Notes: generated by a model not told the origin, from the sequence alone. Shown: positions 23,897 to 36,571, numbered from the stretch's first letter. The stretch: DNA of 64,000 nt from Octopus sinensis (GCF_006345805.1 NC_043007.1:18352001-18416000); one strand, 5' to 3'. Numbers and translations are program-made.

Positions 23897-24164
23897 TATA
23901 TATATATATATATACACATATATAATATATATATATATGTATATATGTATGTATGTATGTATGTATGTGTGTATGTATGTGTGTGTGTGTGTGTGTTCTG
24001 TATGTGTGTCAATGTATGTATGTATGTATGTATGTATGCAAAGCATTTAATCCAGCATGCTGTGGTTCCTGCCAATGAACCATCTGATTAATTTCATCGT
24101 AAAATGAATGAATGAATAAATAAAACATGATTATAAGAAAATTTTTGTCTATAAATCCATGGAT

Positions 24165-24360
24165 GTTTGATGTTGATGATGATAATGATGATAATGATGA
24201 TGAAGATGATGATGTTGATGATGGTGACGATGATGTTGCCAATGATAATGATGACGATGATGATAATGATGATGATGATGTTGACAATGATGACGACGAC
24301 AACGATGATGATGATAATGATGATGATGATGATGATGATGATGACGATGATGATGAATAT
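24165..24360. repeat. (GAT/GAC)n trinucleotide microsatellite
   Basis: Direct reading. Confidence 0.9.
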
Positions 24361-24539
24361 GAGGGCAGACACAAATACATATATTATAGGAGGACAATCA
24401 ACCATGGGTGACTTGAAATTGTACTTTTAATACAAATATAGTAGAGGGATTCAGTAGCGGAGATGACATGAAATTGGTTTAGGAAAATGTGCCAAAGTCA
24501 ATGTGAAAAGGGAGGAAAACTCAATACTAACCACTAATA

Positions 24540-24985
24540 ATGCTTTGAAATTTTGGCATAATGCTAGCAATTTCTGGGTGGTGGGTAAGTTGATTACATC
24601 GACCCCAGTGCTCAACCAGTAATTATTTTATCGACTCTGAAAGGATGAAAGGCAACGTTGATCTCAGTGGAATTTGAACTCAGAATGTAAAGGCAGGCGA
24701 AATGCTGCTAAGCGTTTTGCCTGGTGTGCTAATGATTCTACCATCTCACCACTTTACTAACCACTAATATAGCAATGGATAATAAGGTGGTGAGCTGGCA
24801 GTGTTGTTACTGTTCTGGACAAAATGCTTGGTGGCATTTGGCTTGTCTTAATGTTTTGAGTTCAAATTCAGCCGAGGTTGACTTTGCCTTTCATTCTTTC
24901 GGGGTTGATAAAATAAGTACCAGTTGGGCTCCCAAAACTCTGGCCCTGTGTCCCTCCCCCAAAGTTTTGGTCTTGTGTCAAAATT
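24540..24985. mobile_element. Two Nin/Deu-domain SINEs head to head (24540-24760 minus, 24780-24985 plus)
   Basis: Family B motifs in opposite orientations. Confidence 0.7.
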
Positions 24986-25701
24986 TGAAATCAGTATAAC
25001 ATTGGATGAAACACAAACTTCAGACTGTAGGAACTACACAGATTGCAATACATATACATTTTATCTTTTATGCTTCACTTGTTTCAGTCATTCGACTGTG
25101 GACTGCTTTGAAGTGTGTAGTCATACAAAAGGACCCAAGTATTTTTTTTAAAGACTAGTACATATTCTATAGTAGAGGTGCATGGCTTCGTAATAAGGAT
25201 TTTGCACTCATGGTCGAAGGATTGCGGTTTTGCTTCCTTGGCTATGTGTCGTGTTCTTGAGCAAAACTTTTCATTTTACATTGCCTCAATCAGCTTGGGT
25301 AGCAAAAACTGAGTAATCCTGTGGCAAACCGGTTTCCTCTCTAATGGGGGAATTTATAAGCAACAGAATCTGGGAAACCGGTCTTATGAGTCCGTGGCTG
25401 GGGAAAGACCCTTGATCTTTTTTCTTTATTTACTTATCCTACAAATCTATTTTACTGAACTGCTAAGTTACTGGGGCTTAAACAAATCAGCACTGGCTAT
25501 CAAGTGGTGGTTGGGAGACAAACATAATATATATGTATGTGTGTGTGTATATATATATATATAATATATGTATAGCAAAAATTTAGATTCAGATGAATAT
25601 GGTACATAAGTTGAGGCACCAGAATTTAGTATGGTATTATCCATACAATTTCAAAGTAAGGTGGTTAAAGTCAAAATAAGCAACAAGGATATCCAGAGGT
25701 A

Positions 25702-25790
25702 ATGCAGTACGATCGTTTCATGCAACTCCATTTAATTGAACAATGCAATCATTACATCAATTTAAAATGCAGAGCAATCCTCAGCTGCAC
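25702..25790 (-). ncRNA. Type I hammerhead ribozyme motif, near canonical
   Basis: GUGCAG CUGAGGA UUGC-(50 nt)-GCAU GAAAC GAUC GUA|CUGCAU. 6-bp stem I, intact core, palindromic stem III ACGAUCGU; the first stem II pair is U.U rather than G-C. Confidence 0.65.
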
Positions 25791-26046
25791 AAAGACATAG
25801 AATTTAATTAAATTAGAACAGATGGACACATTAGTATAATTATACCTAAAATCTCCAAGAAGTTAAGGAGATAGACTAAGAAGTTACTAAGTTATCAAAA
25901 AGTTATACATTGTTTCAGACTCTGCCTGTCACTGATTTTTTTGTTTTTATGGGGTCAGTTTTAATTTATAGACTAGTTTATCAAATCCTTGTATATCAGT
26001 ATCTGTTACCCCTAACAGATACTGCCCTCTGTTCTCTCAGCCTTAG

Positions 26047-26085
<39 letters not shown>

Positions 26086-26124
26086 TGTGTGTGTGTTTGT
26101 GTTTGTGTGTGTGTGTGTGTTTGT

Positions 26125-26320
26125 GCGTTTGTTTGTTCCCCACCATTGCTTGACAACCAATGTTGGTGTGTTTACGTCCCCGTAACTTAGCAGTTTGGCA
26201 AAATAGACTGATAAAATAAGTACTAGGCTTACAAAGAATGAGTCCTAAGGGTCGATTTGTTCGACTAAAGGTGTGCTCCAGCATGGCCACAGTCAAATGA
26301 CTGAAATGAATAAGAGAATA
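26125..26320 (+). mobile_element. SINE family A, 3' part
   Basis: Tail motifs. Confidence 0.7.
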
Positions 26321-26570
26321 AAGGAAAAGCTCTTCATCAGAAAGGAGAAAAAGGAAAAGTCCGAAGAACAAAAAAAAAAAACTCAACAGCACGGGTGTAG
26401 TTACATACACATACATGCATAAATATATATATATATGTGTGTATATATATATTAATAATGGTATTTATAAAAGCCTGAAGGTTATATAAATACCATTATT
26501 ATTATTTACAGGATTGTAAAACTTTGTGCCATATAACAAAAGCATTCGCACCATATATATATAAACATAG

Positions 26571-27070
26571 GCGATCCAACAAAGCTACACAAAGAAGATA
26601 GCCTCTGTGCAGCATATAAGCTATTGGAAAAGACTCAAGAGATTAAGACTCTATTCCTTAGAGCGTAGGCGAGAAGATATGCCATAATATACATCTGGAA
26701 GATCCTGGAAGGACTTGTCCCAAACTTTGGCATCAAAAGTTACACAAATACTAGAACTGGGCGCCACTGCATAGTGCCAAGGACTCCAAATTTGCCATCA
26801 AGATGTCGGACAAGATACTGTGATAGCCTGGGCTTCAGAGGTCCACAGCTCTTCAATATCCTCCCGAAGGACCTGAGAGACCTGCATGGGGTGAATGCAG
26901 ATGTCTTTAAAATAAAACTAGATCTCTTCCTGTCAGGTGTCCCAGATGAACCAACTTCACAGCAGGAGGTGCAGATGAGGGCAGCTGCATTGAACTCTCT
27001 CATGCACCAAATGGCAATTGCTAAAAAGCATCCGTGAAGTAAAATCATGTAGAAACACCAAATGGCGGTG
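26571..27070 (+). mobile_element. L2/Crack/CR1-group LINE 3' end
   Basis: IQQSYTKKIASVQHISYWKRLKRLRLYSLERRRE/YAIIYIWKILEGLVPNFG...RGPQLFNILPKDLR..FKIKLDLFLSGVPDEP; one frameshift near 26680, stop at 27037. Confidence 0.85.
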
Positions 27071-27624
27071 CTGAAACTAGATAACATATAAAATATGAGC
27101 TGAAACTAGATAACATATAAAATATAAAATATAAAAAATATATATAAACACACACACACGCATACACACACTCCGTGGGGCTTCTATACAGTTCCTGTCT
27201 ACTAAATTTACTCACAAGCTATTGGTTGGTTCAGGGTTATAGTAGAAGATACACATCCAAAGTGTCACACAATGAAACACTAAACCCCAAAACTGCATGA
27301 CTGCAAAGCAAGGTTATCAGTTACATAGCCCTCATTATAATTGTACTAGATTAACCCTTTAGCATTCAAATTATTTTATCAAAAGTAATTATTATTTCAC
27401 ACTGTGTTGAATTAAATGTATGTTATTTTATAGCTTCAAGATTCCAATGATGTGATTGTTGGATTGTTTGTTTTTAGAATAACATTACAGGTCCTTGGTC
27501 CTTCAGAAAGAACAAGAAACAGCTAGGTTTTTCCCTCTAATGTTTTACATAGTTCAAACTACACAAATGAATGTGTAAAAACCAAATAGGAATTTTGAAA
27601 GAAATATCTATAAAACTAGTTCTT

Positions 27625-28254
27625 AATCCTTTAACATTCAAACTGGCCATATCTAGCCCAAATATTCTACCTGTTTTTATATTGAAACTAACCAGGTCAT
27701 GCTTCTCACATCTACCCTACAATGTTATTCTTAAAGCAGACAGCCACACCATCAAAATCCCAAAGCCTTGAGATAATAAGGCGCAGGAGTGGCTGTGTGG
27801 TAAGTAGCTTGCTAACCAACCACATGGTTCCGGGTTCAGTCCCACTGCGTGGCACCTTGGGCAAGTGTCTTCTACTATAGCCCCGGGATGACCAATGCCT
27901 TGTGAGTGGATTTGGTAGACGGAAACTGAAAGAAGCCTGTCGTATATATATGTATGTGTGTTTGTTTGAGTGTCTGTGTTTGTCCCCCTAGCATTGCTTG
28001 ACAACCGATGCTGGTGTGTTTATGTCCCCGTTACTTAGCGGTTCGGCAAAACAGACCGATATAATAAGTACTGGGCTTACAAAAAGAATAAGTTCTGGGG
28101 TTGAGTTACTCAATTAAAGGCGGTGCTCCAGCATGGCCATAGTCAAATGACTGAAACAAGTAAAAAAGTAAAAGAGAATACATGATTAATTCAAAACAAT
28201 ATGAATGAATAAGTATTAAATTTGACTGAGTAATCTGAATGCTAAAAGGTTAAG
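27625..28254. mobile_element. piggyBac-like MITE (TTAA-flanked) interrupted by SINE A
   Basis: Left ttaatcctttaacattcaa, right ctgaatgctaaaaggttaa; related copies at 13721, 27351 and 44802-45335. Confidence 0.5.
27779..28178 (+). mobile_element. SINE family A, full length
   Basis: Complete tRNA head, central domain and AAGTAAAA tail. Confidence 0.85.
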
Positions 28255-28319
28255 CATCAAATGGCCAGGGGAATCCACCAGAGTAAAATAGTAACCAAAG
28301 CGATCCGTAGAAAAAAAAA

Positions 28320-28680
28320 AAATGTCTGAAAATTACTCCCCTAGATTAATACTGCAAACAGAGCTGAATGATGAGAATAAGACCGTAATTAGCATTGCTA
28401 TAATTCTTCCTGAAATACGTTATAATATTCACAATTGAAAGCTAAAAGAATTAGCAAGACCAGACAGAAAAACAAGAAAAATAATGACTGCTTTTATTAT
28501 TTACCACCCAGAGACTGACACAGAAATATTTTATTTACCACAAATAAAGGGTGAGGATGGTGGGGTTTTCTATAGCAAGAAATATAATATTGTATATAAT
28601 ATCTGTTGTAAGACTATAAAAATATCTGTGAAAAATTAAAAGGAAACTAATATAAATAGCTATGGAACATGAAGTAAACA
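28320..28680 (+). mobile_element. Degenerate R4/Dong-like non-LTR retrotransposon fragment
   Basis: RLILQTELNDENKTVISIAIILPEIRYNIHN*KLKELARPDRKTRKIM..YHPETDTEIFYLPQIKG resembles the R4/Dong post-RT region (RLILKSELN...DRKTRK..HHPKAD.DRLYLPR..GGRG). Confidence 0.65.
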
Positions 28681-28939
28681 AAACAACAACAGCAGCTGTA
28701 ATAGCCATTGCAGCAACAACAACAGCAGCTGCAACAACACTGCCACCACCAACAACAACTGCAACAGCAAGAATGCTATTTTCTCTCTTTAAGGAAGTTA
28801 ACTATCATAAAATTAAGTCTAAGATAATAAGACAATTGTGAGTAGAGAAGATAAACAACAAAACTAATTAATAAACTAAAGTGAAAATGGGATTGCAGAA
28901 TGTCATGGAAGAAGAAAAAGTGGAAGTTATCATAGACAG

Positions 28940-29041
28940 ATGTGCAGCAAGTCTTAATGTGCAGCAAGTCTTAATGTGCAGCAAGTCTTAATGTGCAGCA
29001 AGTCTTAATGTGCAGCAAGTCTTAATGTGCAGCAAGTCCTA
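28940..29041. repeat. Six tandem copies of a 17-bp unit
   Basis: (ATGTGCAGCAAGTCTTA)x5 plus ATGTGCAGCAAGTCCTA; no spacers. Confidence 0.95.
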
Positions 29042-29439
29042 AAATGCCACAGTGGCATTTCCATGGAAGAAGACCAAAGTTTCTCTATCAGAAACTACCA
29101 AAAATATAATTCACTGACCACTGGTTAATCTCTTTTACCATTACAATTTGATGTGGAAAACTCTCCTTTTCATGACCAAGGGAAGAAATTAACCTGCAAG
29201 TGGCTCAGCACTCCACAGACACATGTACCCTTAATGTAGTTTTCAGGGAGATTCACAATATGTGACAATGCTGGCCCTTTATAAAACAGATGCAACTCAT
29301 TTTTGCCAGCTGACTGGATTGGTGCAATATGAAATAAAGGGCCTTATTCAAGGACACAGGGCACTGCTGGGAATCAAACGCATGGCCTTATGATTGTGAG
29401 CTAAATATCCCTAAACCACTAAGTCATGTGCCTTCACGG

Positions 29440-29642
29440 GGAGGAGGAGGGGGAAGACGATGATGATGATGACGATGACGACGACGATGATGATGACGAT
29501 GGCGATGATGATGATGAGGAGGAGGAGGAGGAGAGGGATGATGATGATGATGATGATGATGATGCTGACGACGACGACGACGACGACGATGACGATGATG
29601 ATGATGAGGAGGAGGAAGAGGAGGAGGAGGAGGAGGAGGAGG
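29440..29642. repeat. (GAT/GAC/GAG)n compound microsatellite
   Basis: Direct reading. Confidence 0.9.
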
Positions 29643-29909
29643 AAATAGTGGTTGCAAAGATGAGTATCCAAACTAAGAGAAATACAAAAGGATAAAAAGA
29701 GAAATAAGTTGCAAAAGAAGAAAAAAAGGAGAAATGTGAACAGCAACGGAAAACTAAAATGGGTGAGGAAGAACAGATTCTTCAAAACCAGAATAATGAA
29801 CAATAATGAGAATAAGGATAACGAAGAGGATGAGCAAAGGTTCACCGTTTTTCAAAGATTAAATCAACAGCAAATAGATGAAATCACATATCAATGCCAA
29901 CAGCAATTT

Positions 29910-30340
29910 TAGATATCTATTTCTTTATTGCCCACAAGGGGCTAAACACAGAGAGGACAAACAAGGACAGACAAATGGATTAAGTCGATTACATCGACCC
30001 CAGTACGTAACTAGTACTTAGTTTATCGACCCCGAAAGGATGAAAGGCAAAGTCGACCTCGGCGGAATTTGAACTCAGAACGTAGCAGCAGACGAAATAC
30101 CTATTTCTTTACTACCCACAAGGGGCTAAACACAGAGAGGACAAACAAAGGACAGAGAAACGGATTAAGTCGATTACATCGACCCCAGTATGCAACTGGT
30201 ACTTATTTAATCAACCCCGAAAGGATGAAAGGCAAAGTCGACCTCGGCGGAATTTGAACTCAGAACGTAACGGCAGACGAAATACGGCTACGCATTTTGC
30301 CCAGCGTGCTAATGTTTCTGCCAGCTCGCCGCCTTAGATA
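29910..30340 (-). mobile_element. Nin/Deu-domain SINE, dimeric
   Basis: Two tandem copies of the Nin domain plus tail sharing one head. Confidence 0.8.
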
Positions 30341-31204
30341 CCAGAGGCAAACACCATACATACATATACACACACACAAGCACACATGCAGGAATATACA
30401 CATATATGCATATGGCTAAGAGAGAAGGACAGAGAGAGAGAGAGAGAAGGAAGATTTCTGATGTCAAATAAGCCAGTGTCAAAAAGACAATGCCAAAACA
30501 GCTGTGCCAAAATGTCCCATATTTCTCCAAAATATTACAATGAAATAAAACAGTTCATTGTGGAATTTTTTTTATTACAATCTTTTACCTTGTCTCTCCA
30601 ACCAACTTAAAAAATGTTAACAATCACCTTTGGAATGCAGGAGACAACAATGAACAATAATGGAGAAGCTAGGGTAGGGATGTGGGGTTTCTCTAACTCA
30701 ATCAAACCAGTACTTTCTCCCCCACACCATGTGTAGTCAAGAAGGCAAAATGTTTTGCAGTTTTTATTTCTTTTTAAATTATGTCTTGTTTTAATTATTG
30801 TTAAATATTGTATGCTTTTAATTTGTCTCTGTTTTTAATTGCATAACTTTTTTCATCCCTCCTTCCCTATCTTTGTTTAAGACATTTTACTTCTCCCAAC
30901 CCATACATCTTTGTAAGCTCCCTCCTCCACTTTAAGATTCATTCTACTTATTTTGTATCTTTTCAAGTTTTTGTGACTAAGAAATAAAAAATCATAATTA
31001 TTATTCAGACAGGATTGGTAGCACTTTGGACAAAATGTTTAGCAGCATTTTTCTCAGCTTTATGTTCTAAGTTCAGATGCCACTGAAGTCGACTTCGCCT
31101 TTCAATCTCTCAGGTTTGGTGTAATTAACTGACCTCCTTTCCACAAAATTCCAGGCCTTGTGCATATAGTAGAAAGAACTATTGTTATTATTATTATTGA
31201 GTAA

Positions 31205-31432
31205 GGGATCAGTCCATGCCATCAAAGTGACACTGGGGTAAAATATACAAAGCCCAGTATACCCTACCATGACTACCTGTCTGATAAGGGTACGCCAGGC
31301 ACATGCATCACAACCATATGTGCGTGACATGGTGATTTCATATCAAGATAAACAGCGCATGACCTTGCAGGTGGGGCCCAGTTAGAATTTTCTTCTGGTC
31401 GAGTAGCCCATCCTGCTCAAAAGGTCCCTGAA
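31205..31432 (+). mobile_element. Unclassified interspersed repeat (family X)
   Basis: ccatgccatcaaagtgacactggggtaaaat...ggtccctgaataa also at 48128-48663 and inverted at 11735-11880; all adjoin (ATT/AAT)n. Confidence 0.7.
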
Positions 31433-31523
31433 TAATAATAATAATAATGATAATAATAATAATAATAATAATGATGATAATGATGATAATGATGACGACG
31501 ACGACGACAATGATTATTATTAT

Positions 31524-31584
<61 letters not shown>

Positions 31585-32333
31585 GTTGTTGTTGTTGTTG
31601 TTATTATTATTATTATATTATTATCATTATTATCATTTTATTAATAATATTAATAATGATAATTTATTTTCTTCATTCTATAACAATAATATAAATAGCA
31701 ATAAGTGTAACTAGACAGCCATGCTTATGGTTGCTCATTGAATCTGATGATGGTCATCTCTTCCTTCATAGGTAGCTCTTTTGATGACTAAGAGCCATAC
31801 TAAACTGCCATACAAGCTAGGAACAGTTAAATTGATGCATAAGATCTGGAGAGAACAAAGAAATGATGAGTGTAAGACAACAAATAAGCACAAATACATT
31901 AGCAAAATGCCGGCAGGTTCATAATAAACTATAAAATGATCTCAGGAACGGAAATAGAACAATTCATACAAAGAATATACATAGAAATATATGACAAAGA
32001 AACAGACCACATAGATGGCAAAATATACTCCCACAAGCCAATGGAAACAGTACAAGAGAACCCAGTCCTCCAAAAACATATGATCCCGGAAAACACAATG
32101 GGAATGAAACAACAGAAATGCCCACGCAGGAAAAATACAAGTCTTTAGAATAAAGCAAACAACAAATACAGAAAAATAATAAAACAACAAAAAAGCCTAA
32201 AAGAAACAAAAACAAGGGTGGTGACAATGTAAGATTCCATGGAAACAACCAAGCTATGTCCGAAGTCAGACGCCATGATAGATCGTTAGCTACTACACAC
32301 ATTTTTTTTTCTCTCCTTGTTTTTTTCTGTGTA

Positions 32334-32371
32334 TCTTTCTGTCGAAGAGCATAGGCTCGAAACGTAAAAGA
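32334..32371 (+). ncRNA. Minimal type I hammerhead-like motif, variant core, copy 1
   Basis: UCUUU CUGUCGA A GAGC AUAG GCUC GAAAC GUA|AAAGA. Perfect stems I and II, loopless palindromic stem III ACGU; core has U in place of A6 and an extra A after A9. Confidence 0.45.
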
Positions 32372-32460
32372 CTTTTTCTATTCCCGAGCGCTATACTAAT
32401 ACATCTGTTTGTTTTGTACACCACCTGTCTTCATCTTCTGTTTTTTTCGTAAACTCTCCC

Positions 32461-32520
<60 letters not shown>

Positions 32521-32653
32521 TAATAAAGGTTAATTGCAACAAGTTGCTTAAACCACATACCGAAAATATTACCCCTTATGTGTATATATATATATATATA
32601 TAGATCGTTAGCCACTACACATTTTTTTTCTCTCCTTGTTTTTTTTCTGTGCA

Positions 32654-32691
32654 TCTTTCTGTAGAAGAGCGTAGGCTCGAAACGTAAACAA
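32654..32691 (+). ncRNA. Minimal type I hammerhead-like motif, variant core, copy 2
   Basis: UCUUU CUGUAGA A GAGC GUAG GCUC GAAAC GUA|AACAA; same variant core, stem I 3' arm partly mutated. Confidence 0.4.
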
Positions 32692-32959
32692 CTTTTTCTA
32701 TTCCTGAGTGCTATACTAATACATCTGTTTGTTTGTACACCACCTGCCTTCGTCTTCTGTTTATTTTCATAAACTTTCCCTTTATAATAATATACTCCTG
32801 ACTCCAGAGAGTAAACAATGTTTTCTGTATTTGATGATTTAAAACAGTTTACAAAAGACAACGGTGAGTTTTACATGCTCTTAAAATTGTACATCGATTT
32901 ATCTCTGGGATTTGATAAATGTGTCAAAGCTATTTTAACAACAGGTAGATTGATGGAAA

Positions 32960-33260
32960 CTGTAAAGGCCAAATTGAGAAGTCTGAATTGAACTACACAA
33001 GATCAATGTCTAACCAAGAATTTAAAAAGATATATAAAAAAGAATCAGAATGAAATCATAAAACAACTGGCTGATGCCAACTTCAGACTATGTAATCAAC
33101 ATAAATAAACAATCGACCATCTAATTTCCGACTCTCCAGTTTTTTGCAATGATAGAATATGCCCACAGATATAATGTGGTAGGTTGTAGACAGCTATATA
33201 TACATTGATCAATGTGGAGATATTTTCTGCATCTAAATAATTGGTATAAGTATTCACCAA
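32960..33260 (+). mobile_element. Degenerate R4/Dong-like fragment, C-terminal CCHC knuckle region
   Basis: QDQCLTKN..YIKK...DANFRLCNQHK*TIDHLISDSPV..IEYAHRYN resembles QDQ.L.TRN...CRLC...ETIDHI.SGCP...EY..RH. Confidence 0.6.
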
Positions 33261-33339
33261 ATTTGGCAGTTGTACTTTAATTTTGGGAAATATTTGTTTT
33301 CACTTACAAGGAGATCAAAGAGACAAGAATGAAAACCAA

Positions 33340-33470
33340 TCATCATCATCATCATCATCATCATTGTTTAACGTCCGCTTCCCATGCTAGCATGGGTTGG
33401 ACGGTTTGACTGGGGTCTGGGAAGCCAGGAGGCTGCACCAGGCCCAGTCTGATCTGGCAGTGTTTCTACA
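33340..33470 (-). mobile_element. RTE 3' UTR-derived repeat, short
   Basis: Reverse complement of the terminal 130 bp with (CAT)n. Confidence 0.75.
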
Positions 33471-34054
33471 CTGATAGTCATCTCAAACCCTTCCAACCCC
33501 TACAAAATCTTCTGGAAGGTATTTGCAACACAGTCAAATATGAGGAATTGCAAATGGAAACAAGCAAGTAAAAACAGTGAATGTATTCCCCTAAATTTAG
33601 GTAAATAATCTTTCGAACAGATGGTCAGTAGTGATGCCTGCTGGGTTAGGCTACTCTGCATTGATAAGGGGCAAATACCCTGAGACTAGTCTGCAGATGC
33701 CTGACCAGCAAGGGGAAGCAGCTGACCTCCCCTGTTCGAAGGTTATAATGGACACAGGCTTGTGTGTCACATAGCTAGCTAGAGGCGATGGCCTCTTGGA
33801 GCTAATCAACGGCAGCATTCGTCCTATATTTCTGGACTGCCATATTAGCTTGGTGATAACTATTAATTTCCAGTACTGCTGCTGTAGGACTACAGGTCAA
33901 GAATAGGTAATTCAGTTAATTATTGCACAACTGGATTTGTTTTCATTGACAATAAGGATTGAGTTGTATAATCAACTAATATATAAATTACAACTACAAT
34001 TTCCATTTGATTTTTATTTTGATGTTGATGTGCTTGACTCAATAGGTCTCCTCA

Positions 34055-34088
<34 letters not shown>

Positions 34089-34099
34089 ATATATATATA

Positions 34100-34954
34100 C
34101 AGGGTGCAATGGGTAAATTGTTGCCATTTCATGTTTTTAATTTCATGCAAGCGCATTGTTTGTTTTTGATTTTGTCAACTGCACAGTATAGTAGGGTCAG
34201 TTGGGCACCATTTGTGAAAAAAACAGCCCCATGACACAATTCACTCTGTCAGAAATTTGGAAACGACATGCTGTACTACTTGGCATTCATGCCAGAAGCT
34301 CCAATAGGATCATTTCAGAGTGTTGGGTGTCAATCCGACTCCACAGAAATTGTACCGAGAGTTATAAAAATCAAACATCCAGTCAACATCATGGTGTTTG
34401 GAGTGATCACTAGTAATGGTTACATTATCCCTCCTATCATCTTCCCACACAGCCTCACACTCAACCTGGAGGCCTACATCAAGAGACTGGTAGGGGTAGT
34501 GCTGCTCTAGGTCAAGAGGGTGGCTGCTGGAAGACCCCCCATGTCTGGCAACAGGACTCTGCACCATGCCACACCAGCAGGAGAACCCAGACATGGATGT
34601 CAGACAATTTCCCTGACCACATCACCCCTAATATCTGGCCACCTAACTCCCCACACTGCAACACCCTTCATTATGTGTCGGGCACAGTTGAAAGAGAGAC
34701 CAACAAAACTCCTTATAACAGCAAGAATAAACTGAAGGTAAGGACTATAGAACCATTCACCAACTTAAACAAGGAGACCGTCCAAAAGAGTCGCAGGAGA
34801 TTCCAAAGTCATCTGGAGGGCGAGATTAAAGTCATTGACGTTTTTATTGTACTTTTGGTAATTACGTAATATTGGTAAATTTTGATTAAAATGAAATGTC
34901 AGTGTTATTTTCATTTTTATATAATTTAGACAACAGTTTATTCACCTCACCCTG
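34100..34954 (+). mobile_element. Internally deleted Tc1/mariner-superfamily transposon (probably DD37D/maT-like)
   Basis: TA|CAGGGTG ... CACCCTG|TA ends. Disrupted transposase KHPVNIMVFGVITSNG...VWQQDSAPCHTSRRTQTWMSDNFPDHITPNIWPPNSPHCNTLHY. Confidence 0.85.
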
Positions 34955-35249
34955 TACATACACAGGTACGTACCTGATACATATTATGTTGCTGTGTGAC
35001 TTTCTTTGTCTATGTACATATGTACGTGTCTGTGCATGCAAACACACCCACACACAAACATGTATATGCATATTGAGGGAGAGAGAGAGGGGGAAGAGGA
35101 AGGGAGAGTGGAGGGTCTCTTATTTGACAAACGTGTCAAGAAAGATATAATACACATTGTGATAAAATGGAATTACTGAGGCAGAAATGTAAATAAACTA
35201 GCAGAGATACCCGGCGTTGCTTGGGATTAAAATGGCATAGTTTTTAATT

Positions 35250-35520
35250 GTTTTACTCGTTTCTGTCATGTGACTGTAGCCATGCTGGAGCACTGCCTTT
35301 AGTCAAACAACTTGGCCCCAGAATTTATTCTCTGTAAGCCTAGTACTTATTCTAACGATATCTTTTGCCGAACAGCTAAGTTATGGGAATGTAAACACAG
35401 CAACATCGGTTGTCAAGTAATGGTGGGAGTACAAATACAGACAGACACATACAAATACATACAACAGTTTTCTTTCAGTTTCCACATACAAAATCCATTC
35501 ACAAGGCTTTGGCCTGCCTG
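35250..35520 (-). mobile_element. SINE family A, diverged
   Basis: Tail and central motifs. Confidence 0.65.
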
Positions 35521-35569
35521 AAGTTTTAATAAATACATCTATATATATATATACATATATATCCATATA

Positions 35570-36566
35570 TATATGACATAGATGCCAACTTTAATGACAT
35601 AGATGCCAACTTAAAGAATGCCACAGTGCTGAAATATGCAGATGACATCAAGCTGTACCTCGAAATAAAGAGGTCAAATCCTATACACTATGGATCTCTA
35701 TTGCAAGCAGACCTGGACACAATGCAGCAGTGGATCATGGACTGGCAACTCAAGCTGGCTGTGGACAAATGTACCACCATGCATTTTGGGAGGAGAAACC
35801 CAGCGTCCACCTACTCCCTCCACAACACTAGTCTCAAAAAGTCTTCAAGTGAACGTGACCTGGGTGTTATTGTCAACAGCGATTTGCGTTGGACAAAACA
35901 CATCGCTAAAATTGTCAAGAAGGCTGAGGGTATCTTGGCATCACTCACCAAATCCTTTGTGAGCCGCTCTCCGGCTATCTATCTGCGGCTGTATATAGCT
36001 ATGGTAAGACCTCACCTGGAGTTTGCATCGCCGGTCTGGAGCCCCTATCTTGCCCAGGACATCAATCGTCTGGAAGCTGTTCAGCGACGTGCAACCAAAG
36101 AATACCCTCCATCAGGCATTTGCCATATCCTGAATGCCTTACCTCCTGGGCATGGACACATTGAAACTCCGACGTCTGGCAGCTGACTTGGCAGACACCC
36201 ATAAAATTATCAACCATCGCACAAACAATAACTCTGAGCACCTCTTCAAACTCCACCCATCTAACACCCGTGGACATATTTACAAAGTAAGAAAACAGCA
36301 CAGATCCCATGACTTCAGGAAACATTTTTTCACGCTGAGAGTTGCTGAAGCGTGGAACAAACTGCCGACATCGGTTGTTAGTTGTCGGAGCACTGCTTCC
36401 TTCAAGACTTCCATGCTTCCTGAGATTCACCAACACTACACTTGATTTTCTCCCCTCCATACACCCAGACATTTCTACACTACTGCATGTACTTTATATG
36501 CACTTTCTGACAAGTTGTGGTGCACCTGAGCACTGTATACAATAATTTCATTATTATTATTATTAT
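35570..36566 (+). mobile_element. CR1-type LINE, 5'-truncated, with (ATT)n tail
   Basis: LKYADDIKLY...ERDLGVIVNSDL...YIAMVRPHLEFASPVWSPY...LEAVQRRATK, frameshifts near 36100-36135, then HFFTLRVAEAWNKLP...; stop at 36445. Confidence 0.92.
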
Positions 36567-36571
36567 ACATA

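Larger units (their letters stand above)
32280..32780 (+). mobile_element. Two direct copies (period 320 bp) of a ~180-bp Penelope-like terminal repeat
   Basis: 32280-32460 and 32603-32780 are closely similar and separated by (TA)n and a fragment of another repeat. Confidence 0.7.

Noticed and set aside
28940-29041. CRISPR-like regular array
   Set aside because: Head-to-tail units with no spacers, eukaryotic context, no cas genes; the same applies to 22174-22490.
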